Assembly (NCBI GenBank): GCA_039024555.1
Contig: JBCCQQ010000029.1
Coordinates: 8,132 to 72,131, forward strand
DNA length: 64,000 nucleotides
Reading direction: 5' to 3'
DNA from: Cyanobacteria bacterium P01_D01_bin.156
GTDB taxonomy: Bacteria; Cyanobacteriota; Cyanobacteriia; Phormidesmidales; Phormidesmidaceae
Under the pieces are notes generated by a model. The model saw only the letters and a list, made by a program, of their open reading frames with translations, was not told where the DNA came from and made no database searches. This document shows, in pieces, positions 11,022 through 19,929 of this stretch (positions within the stretch are counted from its first letter, which is position 1; each line of letters starts with the position of its first letter). A program made the translations under genes and the position numbers.

Positions 11022-11597
11022 ATACAGGATTTTTCTATTGAGAGTCGACTTCTTCTCGATATATTGTCAAATCTGGTGTATTAGGATTGATTAGGCGACC
11101 TTCTGTCTGAGGCTAGTTTGGGTTTCTGGCTCAAGGCGGATACCATCCTTAAATGGAACTCTCTCAATGACATCACCCAGCCGTTTAAAGCCACGAATTT
11201 GGAGCCATCGTTTTTGAGCACTCTGGATTCATTTGAATACCAGGGAGAGAATAGAATCGGGCGAAACGGCTCCTCGGGTTTTGCCGGTTCTGAGTCGGAC
11301 GGTGGCAAAGGTCGATTGAATGGGATTGGTGGAAGAATATGTGCCCAATTCTTAGCTTTGACGTACCACTAGGTTTCGAACTTATAGGAAGCAATGCACA
11401 ATCGCATATTTCGTTCTAATCCCAACTTTAGTCTGATGATTCTAGACCGCTAGCTTATTTACACTGCGGACAACTATCGCAAGTTGCTGAATGGTTTGGC
11501 TGCTCTTTTTGTAACCAGTTATGGCGATTTTGCATTTTAGCGATGGCTAACACGATCTATATCAGGCTATGTGTTGCGAGGCCGTTAGATACTTATT

Positions 11598-11843
11598 ATG
11601 ATTCACTCAGACGCACACCCTGTGTGGGAACCGATTGCCCCAACTGCTATGCCTATCGGGAAGCTGGCTCCTGCCAGTTTGCAGAGCGATCGCAACAATC
11701 TACCCCAGCTATCTGATATAGCAGTTCAACTTCTCAACGATCCGCTGCAGGTGCGTCGCCTCACGGAACGGGTGCATCAGCTTATGCAGGCAGATCTCCA
11801 CCTTCAGCATGAGCGTCTGGGGGGGTATGGATGTCGCCAATAA
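11598..11843 (+). CDS. Small CIS-associated protein (81 aa)
   Basis: Overlaps the start of the tube gene. Its C-terminal LTERVHQLMQADLHLQHERLG resembles the C-terminus of the 1959-aa protein. Confidence 0.7.
   Translation: MIHSDAHPVWEPIAPTAMPIGKLAPASLQSDRNNLPQLSDIAVQLLNDPLQVRRLTERVHQLMQADLHLQHERLGGYGCRQ
11686..11693. repeat. HIP1 octamer GCGATCGC (one example; many copies across 10.4-62.2 kb)
   Basis: Repeated exact GCGATCGC, e.g. 10476 and 11686, with many more in the CIS genes; hallmark of cyanobacterial genomes. Confidence 0.9.
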
Positions 11844-12850
11844 TCTTAAAACAAGGTCAGCAAATCCGCTCTCTTTATTTGAAAGCGCATCTTATTCGTA
11901 CTAAGGCGCTTAAAGCGCTTAAAAAAGCAAAACATAACCCCATAGCACTGGCCCATGCCAAAGCAGAGCTAGACAGGGCTCAACATATTCTTCAGAAAGT
12001 TCAAAAAAAGCATGAGCATTTTCTGAATAAGATTCCTCTTGAAATACTTCCCTGGGTTCAACCATCTGAGCAAGAGCAGTTATTGATTGCTCGGTCTGAG
12101 CAGGCTTATAACAGCTATCAACAGGATATCCATACCGTAGCTGAGAAAACCAAAAAATCTAAAAGAGACAAAACACGTGTAAAAAAAGAACCGAAACGTT
12201 TCCAAAAGGCCAAAAAGAATCGAGAAGCCCTGAGTTCAGCATTGGCAAAAACTCGCCAAGAGCAGCGCGCCCGAGCTAAATCTGTAGCCCATCGCGAATA
12301 TCGGGCGAATTATGTTCTTAGTCACCGTTTTTATGTCGAAATGGATGGCGTCATCCGAGCAGCGTTTAATGAATGTTCTGGCTTTGGGTTAGATATTAAA
12401 AAAGAGCTTTACCTAGAAGGTGGAGTGAATGAACAACAGCGGGTCATGCTAGGCCATGCTGAGTTTCAAGATACGGTATTGAAGCGAGGAATGACCAACG
12501 ATCCATCATTTTGGGCCTGGATGCATGAAGTATTAGTGGGACGTACATTGACAGCAACAGGCAAACGGCATAGTTCCTCGACTGTGGTTCGCACCCGACG
12601 AAATATCAATATTTTGATGATGAACCAGGCTGGGGCCATTATGCAGGTCTGTACTTTAGTAGGGGCCATTCCCATTGGGTGGAAAGCCCCTGCATTTCAG
12701 TCGGACAGCGCTACTGTGGCGATCGAAGAGATGACCGTAGCCTACGAAGGAATTCATCTTCAGTTTCAGACGGAAGCCGAGACCCTTGCGGCAGGTGGAG
12801 CTTCCACACTGCTATTGCGAGATGAGTTGGGCTTTTTTCCAGAAAATTAA
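11831..12850 (+). CDS. Phage-tail tube (T4 gp19/Afp1-Afp5-like) protein with ~155-aa basic helical N-terminal extension
   Basis: RFYVEMDG..AAFNECSG....EGGVN...VLKRGMT...FWAW...GAIPIGWKAP.....VAIEEMTVAYEG in the C-terminal half. Confidence 0.85.
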   Translation: MSPIILKQGQQIRSLYLKAHLIRTKALKALKKAKHNPIALAHAKAELDRAQHILQKVQKKHEHFLNKIPLEILPWVQPSEQEQLLIARSEQAYNSYQQDIHTVAEKTKKSKRDKTRVKKEPKRFQKAKKNREALSSALAKTRQEQRARAKSVAHREYRANYVLSHRFYVEMDGVIRAAFNECSGFGLDIKKELYLEGGVNEQQRVMLGHAEFQDTVLKRGMTNDPSFWAWMHEVLVGRTLTATGKRHSSSTVVRTRRNINILMMNQAGAIMQVCTLVGAIPIGWKAPAFQSDSATVAIEEMTVAYEGIHLQFQTEAETLAAGGASTLLLRDELGFFPEN

Positions 12851-12868
12851 TGTTTCTGTTGTATCAGT

Positions 12869-15800
12869 ATGTCTCGTTCTGCTCCCTCTGATCAGCCTAC
12901 ATTGTCTCTTAAATCATCTAGGGAGCAGCCTCAGGAGACCTTGGGGCCAGAGTATACGCAGCGAATTACTCCCCTAGGACAAACCTATATAACCCTAAAA
13001 CCGCTCCAGTCCTTTACTCAGTCAACTATTGCTGTATTGCAGCGACAGCCGCTAGGGCGATTACAACCCTGGTCAACGGATGGTTTGGCTAGCTTCAGCC
13101 AGCATTGGACAACCTCCGACTCTTCCATGGGAGAGATGGATACAGTACCGTCCGATTATGGTTCTTCGGTTCTTCAACCGCAGTTGTTCCCAGCTTCTCC
13201 ACAATCTACTGTTGCTTCTGAGATATCTCGACAACCCTATCATTCTCAGATTTCTTCAGAGGTGGAGGCTGATGCAGTTACTACACAAGATGTTCAGCGT
13301 CAGCTAGAACAGCGCCAACCCTATCCACTACCACCGAGTGAGTTACAGCAGAATGAATCGCATTCAGTCAGTCTAGCCGACGATGAATTTGCTGAGCCAA
13401 CGGTGGATTCACCCCATAAAGGGTCAACGGTACAGCGCTCTCCCTCTGTTTACTTGCCCAAGCCAGTACAGAGATCGCCCCAACTACAGCGTCAGATCAA
13501 GAGTAGCAAGTCGAAAATTTTGAGATCGCTCCAGTCCCCGCCGTCATCAGGTTCAACTAATTCCCTGCCTATAGCTAATACGGGGCCTGGGGTGAACCGT
13601 TCAGCACCATTGCTTGATCAAGCTGTTGCCTCCCATGGTGCCAGTGTGCCAAGCATTCAGGCCGATGCTATGCCAGGAATGGCTGGGGGGGAAAATACAC
13701 CTACAGTGAGAGTTGAACCGCAGGCGGGTATGCCTTCAGCTATGGAGGATAAGGGTCCAGGGAATATCGCCTCTGGGTCAACGTCTATACCGGATACTAA
13801 TCCAGTGGTGCAGCGGTCAGATTCAGGGAGTAGTGAACCTGAGTCGCGTGCGATCGCTAATAAAAACTTGTCCCGTTCCTCGAATGCTGCGATGGCTGCT
13901 GAGGTTGCACCGCCAGTGGCTAACGAGCCGTCACCGAGCATTGATGCGACAACGCATGTACAAGCTGTGGCAAAGCTACAGCAGCGCTCGGCAACTGTAA
14001 AGCAACAGGTACAACAGAGTAAACTTCGTAGCCTACAGCGTTTGCCAAGGGCCAGTAACCATGAGCCTCCTACCGATGCTCCGTCAGACGCTGCTGTAAG
14101 TTCCAATCCTGTCACCGTTGGTGAGGATTCAACCTCCCATAGCAGCAGTTTGAAAACAGGTTTAGAATCGGCTGCCAACCTACAGCTAAAGTCTGCTCAT
14201 GATTCGCAGAGTATACACAATAAACTATCTCGCTCTTTAGAGCCACCTGATCGGGCCGAGCCCCAAGCGACAAGTATTGTAGAGGGGAAAAGCACTGCTA
14301 GCGGGGAGATTCAGAACATACCTAATTCTGAAACATTTGAAAATTCTACCCAACAGATTTTAACAACAGGTCCTGGCACTGGCAGGGAGGCAAATATTCA
14401 ACGGATAGAGGAGGAACCTGCTACTACAGGACTAGGGAGTCAACAAACACCGAACATTGTTTCAGCTAGTAGTCAAAAAGTTGAGACTGAAGCGGATAAT
14501 ACCGTCCTTGAGACTAATACAATAGATTCGACGATTCAGCGAGTATCTCAGCCATCTGCTGTCCCAGCCCAACCGTTCCCAGCCAAGACTGCGAATACTG
14601 AGAATATAATGACTCAGCCGGTGTCCCAATCGACTCCAGCGAATGATCTATGGGCGGCCACTGAAAGAAATCAGGCTGAGGCGAGCGGGAATGTGTCAGG
14701 CTCAAGCATTCATCGGGCACCTCAAGTTGCTAGCGTGTCAGACTCCATGCAACAGATTAATACTGAAAATAGAGCAGTTAGGTCTAAGTCTGAGCTGACA
14801 GAATCTAATACTCAGTATTCTTCTGTAGATACGCAATCAGTTGAAACCAACATTGAGAATGCTGAGGTTAAGACTGATCTTACGGAACCAAAAATTCAGC
14901 AGTTAACTCAATCTGAATCGATTGGAGTTTCTGAACAACTCACTGAACCAGAAGAGTTTAGCTTTAAACCTAATATTCAAGAGAATGGTTTTAAACAATC
15001 GTCCCAATTACCCGCACAGCAGATTCAACGTGCTGAAACTGGAATAAAAGATGCCGAGGTTGAACCTGGTACAGCAGACTCAGAAGTTCAGCTTTTGCCG
15101 GATTCTTCAACTTTTCTAGCAGATACACAACAGATTAAACTCAAATCTGGCGAGCCTATTCTTGGGACTAATTTAACGCAACAAAATATCCAACGAGCTT
15201 CCCAGTTTTCTACAGCGACTGCACAGCAGGCTGCGGCTGAAAATATAAGCGCTGCCACTCATACTGGTTTAGAGCAATTAGATAGTCAGATATTAACTGA
15301 CAATACTGTTGCATCAGATAATATCCAACGGACTAAGGATAAAAGCACTGTCGCCAACACCCAGCCTTCTATTCAAGCAGTGCCGGTCAAGGTTCAACGT
15401 GGAGAAACTGGGCCAGCCGATGCGGCGCTTGTCTCTCTGGATGCTCCGGACTCGAAAACTCAGCAGGTATCCCAGTCTCCTTTGCTTTCTTCTAATATCC
15501 AACGACGTGAGACTCACCATAGCGGACACCCTTCTCCTCAAGACTTATCTCCAGTCGATGGGCTTTCATCAACCTTGCAACGGTTAGATACAGAAAACTC
15601 AAACGTGGAGCCTGATTCTAAGGAGAGAATGACTCAACCGTTGCCTCAGGATTCTCCTGGTCAAATTCAGAGGTCTGAAACGGTAGATATGACCGATGAA
15701 TTTGAGATTACTGATGTAGGCGAGTCGGCAGTGCAGCGATCGCAACGAGCTTCTTCATCGGATTTATCGTTATCGCAACTAATTACGGCAGCGACACCTA

Positions 15801-18748
15801 CCCATGAGACCAGGCCATCTGTGCAGCAGAAAGCTGATGAAAATCCTGTCCCGGCAACCATCTCATCTGCAAAACTGCCCAGAAATTCTCCCTCTGTTGA
15901 GAGCTCTGGGCAATTATCGCCTTTATCAACATCGTCTACAGCAGACGCTATCTCTACTGCCCAGGAAATTCAGCGTATGGATGCTGCGGGTGCAAGTTTG
16001 ATATCTTCATCCGAAAGCTCAACCATACCCTCGCCAGAGACGGCGGAACCCACGAAATATTCCCAAAGCATTGTTCCTGACCCAGCGCCTCTAACTCAAT
16101 CAACACCGCTCGCACCTGTTGAGTCAACTTCATCTGAGACTCTGCAACGAGCTATCGCTGATACGATAACGTCTGAAAATGATCAGGGTATAGGGGCTAA
16201 TCAACTGGCAATGTCGCCGTTGACCAATGCCTCAGAGCAAGGTACAGATATACCTAATGATGCAGGAAGTGCTCTCGCATCACGTCCAATGACGTCTGAG
16301 TCTACTGTGCCATTGCCGACAGACATTCAGAGAGAAACAGATGAGCTCTTGAGAAAAACGTCTGCAGCTAAATCAGACCCACAAAATATCATCAATTCAG
16401 TTCTATCTGCCGACTCTTCATCTCATCCGCTCCAGAGAGAACCGATGGATGGACCTGTTGTCAAAACTCAATCGACTACGCAGCAGGGTGGCAGTGCATT
16501 ATCATCAGATTCATTTTCTTCTGAGGGTATTATTCAGAGAGAATCCAATCATAGGTTAGATGTCTCTACAGCCGCCCCTATAACGGCTTCAGAGAAAAAT
16601 GATTCAGTACAGCTGGCAGCTGCTGGGAGTACACCCAAGGCAAATATCGGTAGTCAGCCAGAGTCTATACATCAAACACCAATCCTTGATCTTCCTGCAG
16701 AATCTCATAAAGAGCCTATGCATCAGGCTCCAGCTAATACCATTGTTAAGCCAGATGCTCAGAATTCAAATACGTTAGAGCTATCTGCACAGACTAATCT
16801 ACAGAGGAGTTCGACTAATCCATTAGAAGAATCTGCTCCTAAACCAGTGGAAAAAAGGCAGCGAGAACATTCCTCGATTGTGCCTGCTAATAGTTTGCAG
16901 AGGTCGTCTATTGAGCAGTCTACTGCACTATCAGATAGTGTAGTGGAAGATTTTTCTGTTAACGATGATTTAGACAATCAAGCACATCCGATAGAATCTT
17001 CTAGCTATCAGGCTGCTAATACCATTCAAAGACAGAAAGCGCCTACCCAGAGTACAGAGTCTAGAGCAGTTGTTCAAAAGGGAAACGGCGATCGGTTAGG
17101 CAATGATGGGAAAGGATCTGCTGCTGTTCCCAATAGTATTCAACTGCAAAATCTCAATGATGATATTCAGTCGTCTTCAGAGACCATAAACCCTTCTCTC
17201 CATCGTTCGGTAGATATGAAGGCTAAGACGCCATCATTTAAACTGGATACCCCTGGAGATACCCAAGAGAAATCTACGAAAAAACAAGAATATGATAATT
17301 TCAACTCGTCTGTCGCGAGCGATATTGAGCCAACTACAGCAACCTCTCATCAAGAGGCTCTCCAAAGAGACTCTGTTGCAGAACCAAGTAGATCCCTAGG
17401 ATTGAGAGAATCTTCTCATAGCCAGTCGTCTGAAGTCGATTTACAGCGTTCCGTAGACAATGACGCAACACACTTTAAAGATTCACTAGACAACGGACCA
17501 ATAGACTCCCTAACTCCCGCTGGAGAAACTGGTAACCTATATCCACAACAGGTATCGCACCAAGCATCACAGGCTGCTGATACTAGCATTCAGACTAGTA
17601 TTGCAAAAACGACGGCTTCGCTTCCACCTGAGACTGCTAAGAGTCAGCCATCGCAACATTTTTTGAAAGCGTCTACGAGCTCGGAAATATCGGATCTGCA
17701 AACAAGTACGTTAAATTCAGCTGATAAGGATACTAATTCGTCTGTTTCAGATAGCCAACGATTATCAGTATCCTCTGTTTCCAATGAGGCTAGGGTTACG
17801 AGGACCCAAGAGCAACAACAGTTGGATGTGTCCCCATCTAATGTATCGAGTATCGCGCTTTCTGAAGTGCGATCGCAACCTCCAACCCATCCGACACCGA
17901 CCACTCAGACTCCACAAGAGATCCAGCTGCTGTCTGAAAGCTCAATGAATGCTGTTGCTCGATCTTCAGCTACACCTGGTCTTTTATCACGATCTATTGT
18001 TCAAGAATCAGAGGATAATGACATACTACATCGATCTTCTGAGAATGAAAGTTCTTCTAGCATTAATTCCTCAGAGCTGACGGTGGCACAGCTCTTACGA
18101 CAAGACGCTCTTCCCATTCATCCCACCAATGTGGCAGCTGATATGGCGGTGATTCCAACCCATGCTAACGTGGTTCAACCAGCGTTAGTCGACGATATTG
18201 CTCCAGATACTGATGAGCCCGATGATGATTCTGACGATTTAGCTCGTTTCTTTAGCGGAGCAGCTCAAAAGCAACGTTCCAACGCTAGCAAAACTCGCCA
18301 CACTCAGCAAAAAAAACGTAAGAAAGATAAAAAGCAGTTGAACTTGCATCAGGCTCAATACTTACCTCCTGGAATATCAGGTGGTGTGCATGGAATCAGA
18401 AGCAGTCGGTTTATGGGACAGTCTGCTCAGTCAGCAGACAGGCTGCAGGAGTCGTTGTTTTCACGGGCACAAATTAAAGCAGAGGCAAATGCATATCAGG
18501 GAAGACACATCAAGAAAATTGACAAAGCAGAACTGGGGGATATTGCACCTAAGCTAGTGCCTGCTGTGGAAATGAGAAAATTTGAGACTCAGGAGAAACA
18601 GGATGATGAAAAATCTAAAGCTACTGATACGGTGGATGATAAATCGTTTGAACTGTTAGCACGAGAGGTCTATCACCTATTGCAACAGCGCTTAGCTGTC
18701 GAGCGAGAACGGTTTGGTGGTTACTATCGCGATCGCACTCGCTTTTAA
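12869..18748 (+). CDS. Giant low-complexity S/T/Q/P-rich protein with >20 [ILV]QR motifs (CIS-associated; tape-measure or cargo candidate)
   Basis: 1959-aa ORF between the tube and tube-initiator genes; C-terminal LAREVYHLLQQRLAVERERFG motif. Confidence 0.75.
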   Translation: MSRSAPSDQPTLSLKSSREQPQETLGPEYTQRITPLGQTYITLKPLQSFTQSTIAVLQRQPLGRLQPWSTDGLASFSQHWTTSDSSMGEMDTVPSDYGSSVLQPQLFPASPQSTVASEISRQPYHSQISSEVEADAVTTQDVQRQLEQRQPYPLPPSELQQNESHSVSLADDEFAEPTVDSPHKGSTVQRSPSVYLPKPVQRSPQLQRQIKSSKSKILRSLQSPPSSGSTNSLPIANTGPGVNRSAPLLDQAVASHGASVPSIQADAMPGMAGGENTPTVRVEPQAGMPSAMEDKGPGNIASGSTSIPDTNPVVQRSDSGSSEPESRAIANKNLSRSSNAAMAAEVAPPVANEPSPSIDATTHVQAVAKLQQRSATVKQQVQQSKLRSLQRLPRASNHEPPTDAPSDAAVSSNPVTVGEDSTSHSSSLKTGLESAANLQLKSAHDSQSIHNKLSRSLEPPDRAEPQATSIVEGKSTASGEIQNIPNSETFENSTQQILTTGPGTGREANIQRIEEEPATTGLGSQQTPNIVSASSQKVETEADNTVLETNTIDSTIQRVSQPSAVPAQPFPAKTANTENIMTQPVSQSTPANDLWAATERNQAEASGNVSGSSIHRAPQVASVSDSMQQINTENRAVRSKSELTESNTQYSSVDTQSVETNIENAEVKTDLTEPKIQQLTQSESIGVSEQLTEPEEFSFKPNIQENGFKQSSQLPAQQIQRAETGIKDAEVEPGTADSEVQLLPDSSTFLADTQQIKLKSGEPILGTNLTQQNIQRASQFSTATAQQAAAENISAATHTGLEQLDSQILTDNTVASDNIQRTKDKSTVANTQPSIQAVPVKVQRGETGPADAALVSLDAPDSKTQQVSQSPLLSSNIQRRETHHSGHPSPQDLSPVDGLSSTLQRLDTENSNVEPDSKERMTQPLPQDSPGQIQRSETVDMTDEFEITDVGESAVQRSQRASSSDLSLSQLITAATPTHETRPSVQQKADENPVPATISSAKLPRNSPSVESSGQLSPLSTSSTADAISTAQEIQRMDAAGASLISSSESSTIPSPETAEPTKYSQSIVPDPAPLTQSTPLAPVESTSSETLQRAIADTITSENDQGIGANQLAMSPLTNASEQGTDIPNDAGSALASRPMTSESTVPLPTDIQRETDELLRKTSAAKSDPQNIINSVLSADSSSHPLQREPMDGPVVKTQSTTQQGGSALSSDSFSSEGIIQRESNHRLDVSTAAPITASEKNDSVQLAAAGSTPKANIGSQPESIHQTPILDLPAESHKEPMHQAPANTIVKPDAQNSNTLELSAQTNLQRSSTNPLEESAPKPVEKRQREHSSIVPANSLQRSSIEQSTALSDSVVEDFSVNDDLDNQAHPIESSSYQAANTIQRQKAPTQSTESRAVVQKGNGDRLGNDGKGSAAVPNSIQLQNLNDDIQSSSETINPSLHRSVDMKAKTPSFKLDTPGDTQEKSTKKQEYDNFNSSVASDIEPTTATSHQEALQRDSVAEPSRSLGLRESSHSQSSEVDLQRSVDNDATHFKDSLDNGPIDSLTPAGETGNLYPQQVSHQASQAADTSIQTSIAKTTASLPPETAKSQPSQHFLKASTSSEISDLQTSTLNSADKDTNSSVSDSQRLSVSSVSNEARVTRTQEQQQLDVSPSNVSSIALSEVRSQPPTHPTPTTQTPQEIQLLSESSMNAVARSSATPGLLSRSIVQESEDNDILHRSSENESSSSINSSELTVAQLLRQDALPIHPTNVAADMAVIPTHANVVQPALVDDIAPDTDEPDDDSDDLARFFSGAAQKQRSNASKTRHTQQKKRKKDKKQLNLHQAQYLPPGISGGVHGIRSSRFMGQSAQSADRLQESLFSRAQIKAEANAYQGRHIKKIDKAELGDIAPKLVPAVEMRKFETQEKQDDEKSKATDTVDDKSFELLAREVYHLLQQRLAVERERFGGYYRDRTRF

Positions 18749-18817
18749 TATCTCCTAAGGTACAGGCTATTTTTCAACTATTCTCTATCATCATTACTCG
18801 TCTATTGAGGTTTTATT

Positions 18818-19744
18818 ATGGCTTCTAACAGCGGTTCTGGCAGTAAAATTGGCAGTAAATTAGCTAGCAGCGGTCTTCTTGGCAAGGCGGTGGAAGTTGT
18901 TGCCGCCGGGGCAGATATTTTGGCTACACAGCTAGCTAATGATCTTGCAAAAGACAAAGACGATAACTATGCAGCCTTTGAAAGTGCAGCCCAAGATGCT
19001 GTTATGGCTCGTTACAATCAACAATTTGTTGAAGGTAAACGCTTAGTCAAAGCTGCATTAATTCCTCGTAGTGGAGAATCGGCTCCGATCATTCGGTTTA
19101 TGTTTAACCCCACCGATTTACAATTTAGCCGTGCGGTGTCTATTGAAACGGTTAAGGGGGCACGGACGTTTCGGGGGCTACCTAAAGTGAATTTTGGCTT
19201 TATTGAACCCTATGAATTAAAGTTGGCGGGTCTGGTATTTGACACATTTGAAACTGGAGAAGATGTCTACAAGCTAATCAAACCCCTGCGCGATGCTGTA
19301 GACTTTAGCAGCTTTCAAGACCCCTTTAAAGAGAAAACAATTACAGATGAAAACGGTAATACTGTGACTTACAGTGAGCGTAGTGTCAAAACTAACGTTA
19401 CCAACGTGCTTGGGCAAAAAGCCCTAAATGCGGTTGCTGACACAGTCGCTAGTTTGGGAAATATGTCTGCTAGCGTTAATGCTGCTGGCTTTTTTGAATA
19501 CGGCACTGATCTAGATAAACAAGCCCTCGAATTGCGCCGTCCACCGGTGTTTTATTTTATTTGGGGTGAGCACAACTATATTCGCTGCATGGTTAAAGAT
19601 CTCAGCTTTAAGCTGACCATGTTTTTACCCAATGGTCGGCCCGTGCGAGCCATGGTAGACATGACTTTACAAGAGGTCGATCTGGGTGTTGCCAGCCATG
19701 CCCTCAGTGAGCGTTCAACGATTCTTGAGGTTAAGGCAAAGTAG
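18818..19744 (+). CDS. CIS tube-initiator protein (Afp7/CIS_tube-like), no LysM seen
   Basis: FMFNPTDL...LVFDTFE...RPPVFYFIWG...LTMFLPNGRPVRAMVDMTLQE; lies directly upstream of VgrG. Confidence 0.85.
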   Translation: MASNSGSGSKIGSKLASSGLLGKAVEVVAAGADILATQLANDLAKDKDDNYAAFESAAQDAVMARYNQQFVEGKRLVKAALIPRSGESAPIIRFMFNPTDLQFSRAVSIETVKGARTFRGLPKVNFGFIEPYELKLAGLVFDTFETGEDVYKLIKPLRDAVDFSSFQDPFKEKTITDENGNTVTYSERSVKTNVTNVLGQKALNAVADTVASLGNMSASVNAAGFFEYGTDLDKQALELRRPPVFYFIWGEHNYIRCMVKDLSFKLTMFLPNGRPVRAMVDMTLQEVDLGVASHALSERSTILEVKAK

Positions 19745-19799
19745 TTGTTGTCACATGAATCGTTAAGTAGGTGTTCCTAATTAGCTCTCGGATATTGAG

Positions 19800-19862
19800 G
19801 CCCCCTTTTCCCAATCCTGGGGGCTTTGAGTATAGTCTCCCCCAGGATTGGGAAAAGAGGGC
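19800..19862. repeat. REP-like 24-bp-stem palindrome (cyanobacterial short dispersed repeat type)
   Basis: gCCCCCTTTTCCCAATCCTGGGGG-15 nt-CCCCCAGGATTGGGAAAAGAGGGc, one mismatch in the stem. Confidence 0.8.
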
Positions 19863-19929
19863 AAGTTCAACCGGTTAACAACTTATTTGCATCTTACAAA
19901 AGATTGAGTTCACCTACTTACGTCTAATC

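Noticed and set aside
11081..11394. Three overlapping 69-84 aa ORFs between the NACHT gene and the CIS
   Set aside because: No recognisable motifs and mutually overlapping; more likely promoter or intergenic DNA.
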